Assembly (NCBI GenBank): GCA_040901985.1
Contig: JBBDYC010000009.1
Span: forward strand, 248,644 to 312,643
Length of the DNA: 64,000 nt
Source: Gemmatimonadaceae bacterium
Lineage (GTDB): Bacteria; Gemmatimonadota; Gemmatimonadetes; Gemmatimonadales; Gemmatimonadaceae
Direction: 5' to 3'
The notes beneath the pieces were generated by a model, which saw nothing but the letters and a program-made list of their open reading frames with translations, was not told the DNA's origin and did no database searches. Below are positions 11,322-22,483 of this stretch, one piece after another; the stretch's first letter is position 1; the number at the start of each line of letters is the position of its first letter. The translations under genes were made by a program, and so were the position numbers.

Positions 11322-13406
11322 CTATCGGACGCGGACGATCTCGAGCGGTGCCCCCGACGGTCCGAACTTCAGCAGGCGGTGCGGCGCCGTGAGTTCGATC
11401 CAATAGGTCCCCGGCGCGTCGCCCCCGGTGTACGACACGCGATACGCCGCGAAGGTACCCAGCGGCACCGAGACGACCTCCTCGGCGACCACGCGGAACG
11501 TGCGTTGCTCGACCTCCCCCTTGCCGGACGCGAAGACGGCCACCGTAAAGCTGGCGTTGGGCGCCCAGTTGAAGTACGGCAACAGCGCCTGCAGCGCGTT
11601 GTCGTCCACCGTCCCCTCGGGGATCGGCACCGCCGTGTACCGCACCGGCTGCATCCCGCCCTGGCCACCGGGCGTGATGCCTTCGCCTGTCACAGTGCCG
11701 TCGCCGTAGCGCACCGAGAGCCGGAGTTCCTGCCCCTGGAACAGGCCCGATTGCTCCACGGACCACATCGCGGCTGCGGCCGAGAAGCGCACCGTGGTCT
11801 GTTGTTGGATCAGCGTGCCGAGCACTGACTGCTCGGTGTACTGCCAGCCGTCGCCGAAGCGTTCCAGCGCCGAGACCTGATGGCCGAATGCCTGGCCCTG
11901 GACCAACACGGTGAACGAGTCGGTCGCCGGCGTCATCCTCCACCGGTCAATCTCGAGCGGGCGGCTGGGGACGACAACCGGAGCGACCGGCTGCGTCGGC
12001 GCGATCGGATTCCCCTCGACGTCCACCATCGTCACCGGCGCGATCCGCTCGAGCAGCTCACGCACGAGATTCCCGTCGCCGACGACGACAATCAGCGCCG
12101 CATCGGCACGCATCCCGGCACGCGCCGCCGCCTGCGCCTGTTCACGCGTCACGGCGGAGAGCCGCTCCCGATACGTCTGCACGTAGTCCGTGGCGAGGCC
12201 GAGCAGCCGCGCGCGGGCCACCTGCGCCGCCACCTGGTCGGCCGTCTCAATCTGCAGCGGGAAGCGCCCCACCAGCGTCTGCTTCTGCCGCTCGAACTCC
12301 TCAAAGTCCAGGGGTTCGCTTCCCATCCGGCGCACCTGCAGCAGCAACTCCACCAGCGCCGAATCGGTCACCTCGGTCCGCACCTCGGCGCTGGCGCTGA
12401 AGTATCCGAGGCCGCGGGTCCGGGTGACGCCCGAGTACGCGCCGTACGTCCAGCCCTTCTGCTCGCGGAGGATCTGAAAGAGCCGCGCGTCGCTGGCGCC
12501 GCCGAGCACCTGATTGGCGAGCGCGAGCGCGTAGCCGCGGGTATCGGTCGGGAGCCAGGTCGTGTTGCCGACGAGGATGTTGGACTGCACCGACCCCGGC
12601 CGATGCACGAGGAGGATTTCCGATGTCGCGCGCTGGGGCGCCGGCCGCATCGGCGGCGTTGGCGGAAAGCGACGCACCCACGCGCCGAAGGACTGTTCGA
12701 CCAGGCGATGCGCCTCGGTCGAGTCAATCGCCCCGGCAATCACCAGCAGGGCCTGCCCCGGCTGCACACGCGACGCGTGGAAGGCGACGAGATCGCTGCG
12801 AGTGATTGCCGTGACCGACGCCTCGGTGGGGCGGCGGCCGTACGGATGGTCGCCGTAGAGCGCCCGGGCGAACGCGCGCGACGCAATCGCGTCCGGCTGC
12901 GACTTCTCGAGCGCGAGCGCCGAGAGCGACTGCGTCCGCAACAGCTCCAGCTCCGACGGCGGAAAGGTCGGTCGCAGCAGGGCGTCGGCCATCAGCGAGA
13001 AGGCGAGCTCACGGTCGTCGCGCAGCACCGTCGCGTTGAGCGTCAGGAAATCCTGGCCGGCCGAGGCGCCCAGCGAGCCGCCAACGCGCTCGATGTCCGC
13101 CGCGATCTGCTCGGCCGAGCGGGTGCCGGCGCCCTTCGTCAGGAGGCCGGCCACGAGGTCGGCGGTGCCGCTCTTCCCCGCCGGGTCGTGGGTCGCCCCG
13201 CCGAGCACCGAGAGCGACAGCGAGAGCACCGGCTGCTTCTCGCTCGAGACGAGCACCACGCGGAGCCCATTCTCGAGCTCGAACTCCACGAAAGGCGGGA
13301 AGAGCGTCGGCTCGAGCGGCAGCGGAGCGGGCGGCCGCGTCGGGAACTGGGCCGCCGCCGGAGCGGCCAACAGCACCAGGGCGATGATCGTCGAAAGCGC
13401 ACGCAT
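11322..13406 (-). CDS. M16 (pitrilysin) family non-catalytic subunit with extra C-terminal domain
   Basis: LENGLRV, GTRSAEQIA, RLFQILREQKGWTYG; lacks HxxEH. Confidence 0.85.
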   Translation of the reverse strand: MRALSTIIALVLLAAPAAAQFPTRPPAPLPLEPTLFPPFVEFELENGLRVVLVSSEKQPVLSLSLSVLGGATHDPAGKSGTADLVAGLLTKGAGTRSAEQIAADIERVGGSLGASAGQDFLTLNATVLRDDRELAFSLMADALLRPTFPPSELELLRTQSLSALALEKSQPDAIASRAFARALYGDHPYGRRPTEASVTAITRSDLVAFHASRVQPGQALLVIAGAIDSTEAHRLVEQSFGAWVRRFPPTPPMRPAPQRATSEILLVHRPGSVQSNILVGNTTWLPTDTRGYALALANQVLGGASDARLFQILREQKGWTYGAYSGVTRTRGLGYFSASAEVRTEVTDSALVELLLQVRRMGSEPLDFEEFERQKQTLVGRFPLQIETADQVAAQVARARLLGLATDYVQTYRERLSAVTREQAQAAARAGMRADAALIVVVGDGNLVRELLERIAPVTMVDVEGNPIAPTQPVAPVVVPSRPLEIDRWRMTPATDSFTVLVQGQAFGHQVSALERFGDGWQYTEQSVLGTLIQQQTTVRFSAAAAMWSVEQSGLFQGQELRLSVRYGDGTVTGEGITPGGQGGMQPVRYTAVPIPEGTVDDNALQALLPYFNWAPNASFTVAVFASGKGEVEQRTFRVVAEEVVSVPLGTFAAYRVSYTGGDAPGTYWIELTAPHRLLKFGPSGAPLEIVRVR

Positions 13407-13407
13407 C

Positions 13408-14754
13408 TCAGCGACCCTCCGGCACGATCAGCAGGGTGAGCGAGTTCTCGGGACGCAGGTACGTGCGCGCCACCCGACGGAGGTCGGCCAGCGTCACCGC
13501 CCCGTAGCGCGCGGCGTCGGTGTTGACTGCCTCCGGCGAGCCAAGGAACATCGCCGCGTAGTGCACGGCCTCGGAGACGGCGATGGCCTGCTGCCGCCCA
13601 AAGATCGTCTGCGCGCGCCAGGCGTTCTTCGCTTTCGTCAACTCGTCCGCGGTGATGGATCCGCCGGCCGCGAGGAGCAGTTGCATCAGTCGCGTGTGCA
13701 GCGTATCCACGTCCACGCCCTGATTGGCGATCGCCAACGCGCCAAAGAGTCCCGTCCCGCGCATCGGTCCGAACGGGTTGTAGAGCGCCTGCGCCGCCAC
13801 CGCGAGCTTGGCGTCGCGGACGAGCGTGCGGTTGAGCCGGCTGCTCTCCCCCGTTCCGAGGATCGTCGAGAGGAGCTCCAGCGCCGGAAAGTCGACGTGC
13901 GCCGGCGGCACGGTGCGGAACACCATGAGAATCGCCGGCAGGGTCGCGTTGGCGTCGGCGACGCGCTTCACCATCTCGCTGCCGACCGTCGGCATCGGTT
14001 CGCACGCCACCGCCGGGGGGAGCGGCCCACGGTGGATCCCGCCGAAGTAGTCGCTTACCAGCCGCCGCGCCTGCCCCGGGTCGAAATCCCCGACCACCAC
14101 CAGCGTCGCATTGTTCGGCGCATAGTAGAGGTCGAAGAACCCCTGCACGTCCTCGACCGTCGCCGCCTCAAGGTCGCCCATCGAGCCGATGATCGAGTGT
14201 GCGTACGCGAAGCACCGGTCGCGGTCGTACACCAGCGGCACCGAGTCCACGAACGCCCCGAAGTACGGCTGGTTGTCGAACCGCATCCGGCGCTCCTCCT
14301 TCACCGCCTCCTGCTGGTTGGCGAGGTTCTCGGCGGTGACGGCCAGCGAGCGCATCCGGTCGGCCTCGAGCCAGAGCGCGAGGTTCAGCCGGTTGGAGGG
14401 CACCGTGTTGTAGTAGTTCGTGCGGTCGGGCGCCGTCGAGCCGTTGTACTGCCCTCCGGCGCGCTCGACCAGCTGGCCGTGCTCCGCCTTGCCGACGTTT
14501 GCCGAGCCCTGGAACATCATATGCTCGAAGAGATGGGCGAACCCGGTGCGCCCCGGGCGTTCGTTGCGGGAGCCGACATCGTACCAGACGTTGACCGCCA
14601 CGACCTGCGCCGAGTGGTCCTCGACGAAGTGCACGCGGAGCCCGTTGGCGAGCGTGAACGACTCCACGTGCACCGGCTCCGGCGCCTGCGCGCGCGGCGC
14701 GACGAGCGGAAGGGCAGCGGCGATCAGCGACGGCACCAGGACACGCAAACGCAT
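13408..14754 (-). CDS. M16 family Zn peptidase, catalytic subunit
   Basis: VGSRNE...GFAHLFEHMMFQGS; signal peptide. Confidence 0.92.
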   Translation of the reverse strand: MRLRVLVPSLIAAALPLVAPRAQAPEPVHVESFTLANGLRVHFVEDHSAQVVAVNVWYDVGSRNERPGRTGFAHLFEHMMFQGSANVGKAEHGQLVERAGGQYNGSTAPDRTNYYNTVPSNRLNLALWLEADRMRSLAVTAENLANQQEAVKEERRMRFDNQPYFGAFVDSVPLVYDRDRCFAYAHSIIGSMGDLEAATVEDVQGFFDLYYAPNNATLVVVGDFDPGQARRLVSDYFGGIHRGPLPPAVACEPMPTVGSEMVKRVADANATLPAILMVFRTVPPAHVDFPALELLSTILGTGESSRLNRTLVRDAKLAVAAQALYNPFGPMRGTGLFGALAIANQGVDVDTLHTRLMQLLLAAGGSITADELTKAKNAWRAQTIFGRQQAIAVSEAVHYAAMFLGSPEAVNTDAARYGAVTLADLRRVARTYLRPENSLTLLIVPEGR

Positions 14755-14798
14755 CACGGACTCCGTTGGAAGTGTTCCGGCCCGGCGGCGCGCACCCG

Positions 14799-15302
14799 TC
14801 ACCGCCCCGTGGACCCAAAGCCGCCGGCCCGATCGGTGGACTGCGCCACCACGCCGGTCTCGAACGCCATCGCCTCGTACCGCGCCAGCACCATCTGGGC
14901 AATCCGCTCGCCGTGCTGGATCCGCAGCGGCGTCGTCCCGCCGTTCTTCACCGGCACGCACCACTCGTCGGGATAGTCGGCATCAATCGTCCCCGGACTG
15001 TTCACGATCACGAGATCGGTCTTCACGCTCGTGCCGCTCCGCGGTCGGACCTGCGCCTCGTACCCCGCAGGCAGCCGGGCGCGGAACCCCAGCGGGATCA
15101 GCGCCTTCTCGCCGGGCGCCAACTCCACTACACCCCCCGACGGTCCCACGGTCACGTCCCGCTCGGCCAGCGCGCCCTGCGCGAACACGCGCACGCGGCC
15201 CGCACTCAGGCAGGCGGCGAGGTCGTGACCGGCGCTCGCGGCGGTCGCGCGACGCGGGGGCTCCACCCCCTCGTGCAACGGCTCGAAGATGATCGTCGGC
15301 AT
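14799..15302 (-). CDS. dut: dUTP diphosphatase
   Basis: AGHDL, QVRPRSG, NSPGTIDADY, RIAQMV, RAGGFGSTG. Confidence 0.95.
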   Translation of the reverse strand: MPTIIFEPLHEGVEPPRRATAASAGHDLAACLSAGRVRVFAQGALAERDVTVGPSGGVVELAPGEKALIPLGFRARLPAGYEAQVRPRSGTSVKTDLVIVNSPGTIDADYPDEWCVPVKNGGTTPLRIQHGERIAQMVLARYEAMAFETGVVAQSTDRAGGFGSTGR

Positions 15303-15382
15303 CGGCACTAAACCTAGCATCCTGCCGACTCGGGGTGAGGGGCGGGTGACACCCCGCCAGCGGCATCGGGTATGATTCGACC

Positions 15383-17173
15383 GTGATCGCCTTTGCCCAC
15401 CTCCGCCGCGCCCTGTTCGCCGCCTGCCTCGCCGGGAGCTCGTTGGGCGCCGCGGCCGTGTCCGCGGCCGCGCAGGACGCGCCGCCCGTTGTCGCGCCCC
15501 CGGGACTCGCGCCGCCGGAAGATCCGCGTGAGGTCGGCCGCCGGGCCCAGGCCCAGTTCGAGGTGTTCCGCCGGGCCAACCTCCCGCGCGAGGCCTCCGG
15601 AAGCGGCGGCAAGTGCCAGGAAGAGGTCGGGCGCTTCTGCTACACCTACGATGAATCCACACCCCACCCGCCGCCGGAGAACGCCCACATCGTCGCGGCG
15701 CGCGACCGGCTCGTCCGGCTCCTCGACTCACTCGCCGGCGCCAATCCCGCCGACAACTGGCTGAGCGGCCAGCGGGTGCGTTACCTCAACGAGAGTGGCC
15801 GGCACGACGTCGCGCTGCGGGCGGCCGAGGAGTGCCGGGCCTACGGCTGGTGGTGTGATGCGCTCAAGGGCTTTGCGCTCCACGCGCTCGGCCGCTACGT
15901 CGAGGCAGAGACGGCGTACGACCGCGTGCTCGGACGGATGTCACCGGCCGAGCGCTGCGAGTGGCGCGACCTCTCGCTCTACCTCGACCAGGACACGCGT
16001 CGACAATACAACCGCCGAGCGTGCGGCACCGCGGCGCGCGACTCCCTCGAGGCGCGGATCTGGTTTTACGCACGCACGCGCTACGGGATGCGCGGCAACG
16101 ACTCGCGCACCGAGCACTTTGCGCGCCTCACCTACGCCGAGTTCGTGCGCGCGGCGCCATCGGCATTCAACTTTGGATTCGACCACGACGAACGCGAACT
16201 CCTGCTGCGGTTCGGCTGGCCACGCGGCTGGTCGCGCGGACCCGACATCTACGTGCCGATGGGCGCCACCTACGACGGCCCGCCATTCACCGTGACCGGC
16301 CACGATCCCACGCCGGCCCATCGCTTCATCCCGCCCTTCCACGTGCTGTCCACGCCGACCGTGTCGGACTCCGTGGACTGGGCGGTGCAGCTGCCCCCCG
16401 TCGTGGCGCGCTACCAGCCACCCTACGCCACGACCATCCTGATGCTTGAGCACCAGGAGGCGCTCTTTCGGCGCGGCGACACCGCGCTCGTGGTGCTCGC
16501 CTATGACGTCAGCGGCATCCGTGCGCTGGCCGGTGCCGCGCTCGATGGCGCGCTCGTCCTCGCGCACGGGGCCGGGCCTACTGCGTACGAGCACGTCGCC
16601 GGCGACGTGCCGGCCCGCGGCACCCTCACCGCCCGCGCGCCGTGGGGGCCCCTGCTGATGAGCGCCGAGATCGCGGCCGTGAAGCAGAAGACCCTGGTGC
16701 GGGCGCGCTACGGCATCCGGCCACCCTTCGCGCCGGGACGGCGCGTCTTTCTCAGCGACCTCCTCTTCTACACACCGTACGGCGAGTTCCCGACCACCGT
16801 CGAGGAGGTCCTGCCGCACGCCCTGCCCACCCAGCGCGTGCGCGCCTCGGCCCCACTCGGCGTCTACTGGGAGGCCTACAACACCGACCCGACCGGAGAG
16901 GCGATGACCATCTCACTCACCGTCGTGCCGGAGACCGAGGAGGTCGGCCTGTTGCGCCGCGGCGCGCGGTCGCTGGGCCTCGCGCGCGAGTCGGCGCCGG
17001 TGAGCATTACCGTGAACGACCGCTCGGCGCGCGGCGGCACGATGTCGGCGCGCGCCGTCCAGCTGGACATCTCCACGCTCCGGCGCGGGGAATACCTGGT
17101 CCAGCTCGAGATCAGCGTGGCCGGACAGTACAGCATCCGTACCGATCGCCGGATCGTCGTCACTGGGCCGTGA
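15383..17173 (+). CDS. Hypothetical secreted protein (Cys-containing, TPR-like N-half)
   Basis: Long ORF with signal peptide and core-like codon use; TATGAT 6 nt upstream of the GTG. Confidence 0.65.
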   Translation: MIAFAHLRRALFAACLAGSSLGAAAVSAAAQDAPPVVAPPGLAPPEDPREVGRRAQAQFEVFRRANLPREASGSGGKCQEEVGRFCYTYDESTPHPPPENAHIVAARDRLVRLLDSLAGANPADNWLSGQRVRYLNESGRHDVALRAAEECRAYGWWCDALKGFALHALGRYVEAETAYDRVLGRMSPAERCEWRDLSLYLDQDTRRQYNRRACGTAARDSLEARIWFYARTRYGMRGNDSRTEHFARLTYAEFVRAAPSAFNFGFDHDERELLLRFGWPRGWSRGPDIYVPMGATYDGPPFTVTGHDPTPAHRFIPPFHVLSTPTVSDSVDWAVQLPPVVARYQPPYATTILMLEHQEALFRRGDTALVVLAYDVSGIRALAGAALDGALVLAHGAGPTAYEHVAGDVPARGTLTARAPWGPLLMSAEIAAVKQKTLVRARYGIRPPFAPGRRVFLSDLLFYTPYGEFPTTVEEVLPHALPTQRVRASAPLGVYWEAYNTDPTGEAMTISLTVVPETEEVGLLRRGARSLGLARESAPVSITVNDRSARGGTMSARAVQLDISTLRRGEYLVQLEISVAGQYSIRTDRRIVVTGP

Positions 17174-17223
17174 GGCGCGCACCGGCGCTGGGCGGCACGC
17201 GGACCGCGATTAGATTCCCCCCG

Positions 17224-18132
17224 ATGCACGTCTTGGCGCGACTCCTCGGCTTCCTCCCCGCCCTGCTCTCGGCACAGGCATCGGACTCGCTGGCACGCCC
17301 CACCACCGACTCGACGGCGCGGCCGGTCGCTGCGCGCGCGGTGACACCTCTCCCCGGCGCCATCCTCCCGGGGAAGCGGGTGATTGCCTTCTACGGCAAT
17401 CCGCTTTCCCGGCGAATGGGCGTGCTCGGCGAGTATCCGCCCGACGAGATGCTCGCGATGCTCGACGCCGAGGTCGCCGCGTGGGAGGCGGCCGACCCGG
17501 CGACCCCGGTCCAGCCCGCGCTCCATCTCATCGCCGTGGTCGCGCGCGAGTTGCCGGGCCCCGACGGCAAGTACCGCGGCCGGATGGCCGACACGCTGAT
17601 TGACCGCGTGGTGCAGTGGGCCGAGACGCGCAACGCGATCGTCTTCCTCGACTTCCAGGTGGGCTACTCCACGCTGCAGGAGGAGTTGCCGCGGTATGAG
17701 CGCTTCCTCGCGCGCCCGGGAATCCACGTCGGGATAGACCCCGAGTTCGCGATGAAGAACGGGGGCATCCCCGGCAGGCATATGGGGACGATGGACGCCG
17801 AGGACGTGAACTTCGCCGTGCGCTACCTCGCCGGCCTCGTGCGGAGACACGAGCTGCCGCCGAAGATCCTCGTCGTGCACCGTTTCACGCGTCGTGGCGT
17901 GACGAATGCCGACCAGATCCGCCTCGACCCGGCCGTGCAGATCGTGATGCATATGGACGGCTTCGGCACCCCCACGCTCAAGCGGGCGACCTTCCGCCAG
18001 TACATCCAGCCCGAGCCGGTGCAGTTCGTCGGGTGGAAGCAGTTCTACAAGGCGCGGAACGACAATCCGCGGACCACGATCGAGGAGATCCTGGCGCTGC
18101 GGCCGAAGGTGGTGTACGTGCAGTATCAGTGA
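17224..18132 (+). CDS. Conserved hypothetical exported protein
   Basis: IAFYGNP..RMGVLG, HVGIDPEF, VVHRFT, MDGFG. Confidence 0.7.
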   Translation: MHVLARLLGFLPALLSAQASDSLARPTTDSTARPVAARAVTPLPGAILPGKRVIAFYGNPLSRRMGVLGEYPPDEMLAMLDAEVAAWEAADPATPVQPALHLIAVVARELPGPDGKYRGRMADTLIDRVVQWAETRNAIVFLDFQVGYSTLQEELPRYERFLARPGIHVGIDPEFAMKNGGIPGRHMGTMDAEDVNFAVRYLAGLVRRHELPPKILVVHRFTRRGVTNADQIRLDPAVQIVMHMDGFGTPTLKRATFRQYIQPEPVQFVGWKQFYKARNDNPRTTIEEILALRPKVVYVQYQ

Positions 18133-18145
18133 CGGAGGGGAACGG

Positions 18146-18730
18146 TCACCGCACCAGCACCACTCCCGCGACGCCGTCCGTCTGGGCAAAGAGCTTGCCG
18201 TTGGGATTGTAGAAGAAGATGCGCCGCTTGCGGCCCTCGACGATCTCATCGGCCTGGGCGAATCGCTGCACGAGCGCGAGCTGCCCATCCTCGCGGACGG
18301 GGAACGTCGCGGCCGGAAAGCTGACGAAGACCTCGTCGGCCTGGATATCCACCAGCGCCGTCTCTCGCGTCTGGCGGATGATTGCCAGGGCCTCCTCGCG
18401 CTGGAGCGGCGTGGCGATGATGTCCGACGGCACCACGCCGGGCTCGAACGTGGGCTCGCCGGGGCCCGTGAGCGCCCAGAGCACCAGCACCACGACGATG
18501 CCCGTCGTGGCCCACCGCACCACCGGGGTCTGCCTCAGGAACGCCGCCTTGGCCTTGGCGAAGGTTTCGCCGACCCGGCCGGCGAGTGCCTTCCAGTTGG
18601 ACCCGGCGACGCGCATGCGTTTGGTCTGCCGCTGCCGCGACCCCGCATCCACGGGATACGGGGTGAAGCAGTAGGGGCAGACGCGGAGGTTATTGCTCTC
18701 GCGGTTGCAGGCGGAACAGAGCATGGGCAC
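18146..18730 (-). CDS. Zinc-ribbon membrane protein
   Basis: CSAC...CPYC N-terminus followed by one TM helix. Confidence 0.6.
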   Translation of the reverse strand: MPMLCSACNRESNNLRVCPYCFTPYPVDAGSRQRQTKRMRVAGSNWKALAGRVGETFAKAKAAFLRQTPVVRWATTGIVVVLVLWALTGPGEPTFEPGVVPSDIIATPLQREEALAIIRQTRETALVDIQADEVFVSFPAATFPVREDGQLALVQRFAQADEIVEGRKRRIFFYNPNGKLFAQTDGVAGVVLVR

Positions 18731-18852
18731 GACTAAATGAAAGCCGCGTGGGGTGTCCGGGCAATGGAGCGCGCCTCGGTGCGGACGCCTGGATTTGGCG
18801 CTATGTTTCGCGGGTGAGCCGACTCCCCCATCACATTTCTGGAGACTGTATT

Positions 18853-19275
18853 ATGCGCACCGTTGCCACGCTGGTTGCCGTCGCATTGCTTGCCAGCTGT
18901 GCCCCGAAGGAGCCGGAGACCGCGGCTGGTCCGACCCTCGCCGATTTTGCCGGAACCTGGCAGGTCTCGTCAATGCTGACGGGCACGGCCGCTCCCGTGC
19001 AGTCCACGATGAGCGGCACCGCGGACTCCAGCAGTTGGACGATGTCCCTCGAGGGTCGGCCGAATATTGCCCTCCAAGTCTCCGTTGTCGGGGATAGCCT
19101 GATCGGGCGGACCGCGGAGTACGAGAGCGTCCTGCGGCCCGGCGTGATGGTGTCGGTCCGCACGGCGAGCGCGATGAGCGGCGGCGCGCTGGCGGGGACC
19201 GTGACGGCGACGTACAAGACGGCCGCGGGCGAAGAGGTGGTGAACGGAACGTTTACGGCGACGAAGATGATGTAG
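18853..19275 (+). CDS. Small lipoprotein
   Basis: GGAG RBS; lipobox LLASC. Confidence 0.7.
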   Translation: MRTVATLVAVALLASCAPKEPETAAGPTLADFAGTWQVSSMLTGTAAPVQSTMSGTADSSSWTMSLEGRPNIALQVSVVGDSLIGRTAEYESVLRPGVMVSVRTASAMSGGALAGTVTATYKTAAGEEVVNGTFTATKMM

Positions 19276-19290
19276 GTGGTGGTCGGGAGT

Positions 19291-19337
19291 AAAGCAGGCG
19301 ACCCGGCAACGCTTCGCGTTGCCGGGTCGCCTGCTTT
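19291..19337. terminator. Bidirectional intrinsic terminator
   Basis: Perfect 22-bp inverted repeat AAAGCAGGCGACCCGGCAACGC-ttc-GCGTTGCCGGGTCGCCTGCTTT between convergent genes. Confidence 0.8.
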
Positions 19338-19346
19338 GTGCGCCTC

Positions 19347-20429
19347 CTACGGCGTGATCGGCCTCGGCGACGCCACCTGCTGCATCAAGTCGTTGTCCCA
19401 CTCGCCCGTGACCCGCACGTGAGCCGCCGCGCCGAGGAGCACGGCCTCAATCAGATTGTGATTGAGGTAGACGTAGAGTCCCGGCTGCCTGAACTGGTAG
19501 AGCGCCGCGACCGCCGACCCGCCTTCGACAAACCACGTTTCGAGGTTCGTCGCCGGAATGTCCGCGAATGACCCGCCCCGCCAGACCAGGTCTCCGTGCC
19601 CGCCAATCAGGTGCGGACGGGAGTCGCGATTGGCCTGCGAGTGGATGAAGAGCACGCGCTCGCCGACCGCGGCCGTCAGTGCCTTGTCGCCGGTGAGCGC
19701 GCCGACGGCGCCGTTGAACACCACGTGCGTGGGCGTCAGCGTCCGCATCACGGCGAGCATGTCCGCCATCCCCGCCGCCGGGCTGGCGTACTGTTTGAAC
19801 TGCCCGGATGGATCCCGCGGCAGGTAGTAGTCCTGCTCGCCGATGTAGTAGGCCCGGTCATAGGTCACCGAGCGGCCGGCGGCGTCCTGCAGGCCATCCC
19901 GCGGCAGGACCATGATTGCGCCATTCATTCCCGACACCACGTGCCAAGGGGTCATCGTCCCACCCGGTGCGCAGTGGTAGACGAACACACCCGCCTTGGT
20001 CGCCTTGAAGCGCAACACGACCTCCTGCCCCGGCGCGACGTTCGTCAACTCGCCGCCGCCGAGTGCGCCGGTGGCCGCGTGAAAGTCGATGTTGTGCATC
20101 AAGGTGTTCGTGGCCGGGTTGACGAGAGTCAACTCGACGTGGTCGTCCTGATGCACCACAATCAGTGGGCCGGGAACCGACCCATTGAACGTCATGGCCC
20201 AGACCGTTTCGCCGCCGGGGCCGACTGTGATCTGCCTCTCCGAGATCACCAAGCGCACCTGCACCACCTTTGGCGGGCCCGAGGCAACCTGATCGTGAGC
20301 AGGCACGAAGGGCGGCGCCACAAGGGTCTGCGTGACTCGCTCAAGGGCGTCGGCACCGGCTCCATCTGGGGCTCGGGTGCAGGCCAACGCGAGGGAAAGC
20401 GATGCAGCGACGGCAAGTGAACTACGCAT
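19347..20429 (-). CDS. nirK: Copper-containing nitrite reductase
   Basis: [39 protein letters not shown]. Confidence 0.96.
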   Translation of the reverse strand: MRSSLAVAASLSLALACTRAPDGAGADALERVTQTLVAPPFVPAHDQVASGPPKVVQVRLVISERQITVGPGGETVWAMTFNGSVPGPLIVVHQDDHVELTLVNPATNTLMHNIDFHAATGALGGGELTNVAPGQEVVLRFKATKAGVFVYHCAPGGTMTPWHVVSGMNGAIMVLPRDGLQDAAGRSVTYDRAYYIGEQDYYLPRDPSGQFKQYASPAAGMADMLAVMRTLTPTHVVFNGAVGALTGDKALTAAVGERVLFIHSQANRDSRPHLIGGHGDLVWRGGSFADIPATNLETWFVEGGSAVAALYQFRQPGLYVYLNHNLIEAVLLGAAAHVRVTGEWDNDLMQQVASPRPITP

Positions 20430-20546
20430 GGCGGATTCGGGCGAAGGTGGATGGTTGCGCGTGACGAGTTCGGTGATGCCTGCTCGCGCCGAGAAAAGCA
20501 GACGACCCTGCCGCAAAATACGCGGCAGGGTCGTGCCCGGCATACT

Positions 20547-20591
20547 ATCGGGACGGCGGGATTCGAACCCGCGACCCCCTGAACCCCATTC
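20547..20591 (-). repeat. att core, left copy: 3' half of tRNA-Pro(GGG), not a full tRNA
   Basis: Minus strand GAATGGGGTTCAGGGGGTCGCGGGTTCGAATCCCGCCGTCCCGAT (anticodon loop, T-arm, acceptor 3' strand); no D-arm upstream. Confidence 0.9.
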
Positions 20592-20752
20592 TGCCTACGT
20601 GACGTTTCTGGAGGTTCCCTCAGCGCGCAACACCTTGCTACCAGAGAGAATGCCCCGGTTGAGGGTTCCCAGAGATTGACGCAGATTACTTCACGGTGAT
20701 TGCTAGGTGATTATTAGCTACCCACCACTTTCTCAGGCTGAACGGAATCCTT

Positions 20753-22021
20753 ATGGCCATCGCCCGAATCACCAAGCGAACCGTCGATGCCACGGAGGCA
20801 TCGACTACGGACGTCTTTCTTTGGGACTCTGAGCTTCGAGGATTTGGCCTCAAAGTCACCCCACGAGGTCTGAAGAAATACGTCATCCAGTATCGACTTC
20901 CTGGACTGGGACGCCGGGGCACCCCCAAGCGGGTAGTTCTCGGCACGCACGGCACGCTGACGCCGGAAGAGGCCCGCCAGCTCGCCAAACGTTCGCTGAG
21001 CGCCGTGGCCCAGGGTTCTGATCCAGCTGGAGAACGGGCTGCCCGTCGGGGCACAAAGACGGTCCAAGAACTATGGACGGACTATCTCGATTTCTCGAGA
21101 CCGCGGCTCAAGCCTCGAACAATGAAGGAGTACCAGCGCCTTTTCGCCAGGCACGTCGCGCCAGCGCTTGGCTCAAAGCTGACACCGGAGATTCAGCCGC
21201 TGGACTTGCGCCGTCTCCATCGGGCAATGCACAAGACGCCGATTGCCGCGAACCGCGTGGTTGCAATGCTCGGGGCGTTCTTCACGTTTGCGTGGAAAGA
21301 GGGTGTCCTGCCACCGAAGGAGAACCCAGCGCATACGGTCGAGTTCTATCCGGAGTCGCATCGCGAGCGCTTCCTCTCGCGGGACGAGTTCACACGGCTT
21401 GGCAAGGCGCTGACCCAAGCCGAGACCGTGGGACTGCCGCCCGCACCTCAGCTGCGGCGGAAGAGCGAGAATGACAAGCATCGCCCGAAGAGTGCCAACA
21501 CGCCGATTCCAGCCAACCCGTTCGCAGTTGCGGCGATTCGTTTGCTCGCGCTGACGGGATGCCGCGAGAATGAAATCCTGTCACTTCGGTGGGATGCCGT
21601 GGATTTCGACCGGGGGTACCTCCGTCTAGCCGACTCAAAAACAGGCAGGAGTGTGCGACCGCTCGGCCGAAGCGCCGTATCGCTCCTTGAGCGTTTGCCG
21701 CGAATCTCTGGAAATCCGTACGTGCTCCCTGGCCAACAGCGCAACAAGCACCTCAAGGAGATCAAGAGACTGTGGTACGCCGTGCTCCATGCTTCGAAGT
21801 TGCCGGGACTTCGCCTGCACGATCTGCGGCACTCATTCGCCTCCGTTCCGGCGACCAGCGGCGAGTCGCTGTTGGTGGTGCGCTCACTTCTTGGACACAA
21901 GAATGTTGCAACGACTGAGCGCTACGCACATCTGGCTGACGACCCCGTCAAGCGAGCGGCTGATCGGGCTTCGAGCGACATCGCCGGTTGGCTGAGCCAA
22001 GCCCCGACCACTGATTCCTAG
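20753..22021 (+). CDS. Tyrosine integrase with N-terminal arm-binding (DUF4102-like) domain
   Basis: WDSELRGFGLKV N-terminus; catalytic TGCR.NE, K, HDLRHS, LGH, RYAH. Confidence 0.95.
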   Translation: MAIARITKRTVDATEASTTDVFLWDSELRGFGLKVTPRGLKKYVIQYRLPGLGRRGTPKRVVLGTHGTLTPEEARQLAKRSLSAVAQGSDPAGERAARRGTKTVQELWTDYLDFSRPRLKPRTMKEYQRLFARHVAPALGSKLTPEIQPLDLRRLHRAMHKTPIAANRVVAMLGAFFTFAWKEGVLPPKENPAHTVEFYPESHRERFLSRDEFTRLGKALTQAETVGLPPAPQLRRKSENDKHRPKSANTPIPANPFAVAAIRLLALTGCRENEILSLRWDAVDFDRGYLRLADSKTGRSVRPLGRSAVSLLERLPRISGNPYVLPGQQRNKHLKEIKRLWYAVLHASKLPGLRLHDLRHSFASVPATSGESLLVVRSLLGHKNVATTERYAHLADDPVKRAADRASSDIAGWLSQAPTTDS

Positions 22022-22436
22022 ACGTTCCTAGGCCATAGCACTGCCGACGCGAGCGCCACGGCATCAAAGATGCTCACTACTTTGTCTTCCACGACATACG
22101 GCACTCCTTCGCTAGCGCCACTGCAAGTAGCGGCGAGTCCTTGCTCGAAATCCGCTCGCTGCTCGTCCACAACCGAGTAGCCACAAGCGAACGCCACGCT
22201 CCTCTTAGAGAAGATCGATCGATTGCTCGACAGCAATGGTCCAGCAGAGCGCGGCTCTTGAATGCGCTTGATCACTACACACTGCTGGAGCGTCGCTGTC
22301 CAGTCGACAGCCAGCACTGCTCATGATACAGTGTGACCAATCGGACAGGGGTCGCATCGCTGAACCTGGCAGTCCAGGGTCCGCACGCAGTTGCTAGCAT
22401 TGTGCGGTATGACATGCGATAACGCTACCGATTTCG

Positions 22437-22475
22437 AATAACAGCCGTAGTCCGAAACTGGGCTACGGCTGTATT
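22437..22475. terminator. Hairpin terminator between integrase and the convergent HD/peptidase pair
   Basis: ACAGCCGTAGTCC-GAAACT-GGGCTACGGCTGT. Confidence 0.6.
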
Positions 22476-22483
22476 GCACTGCA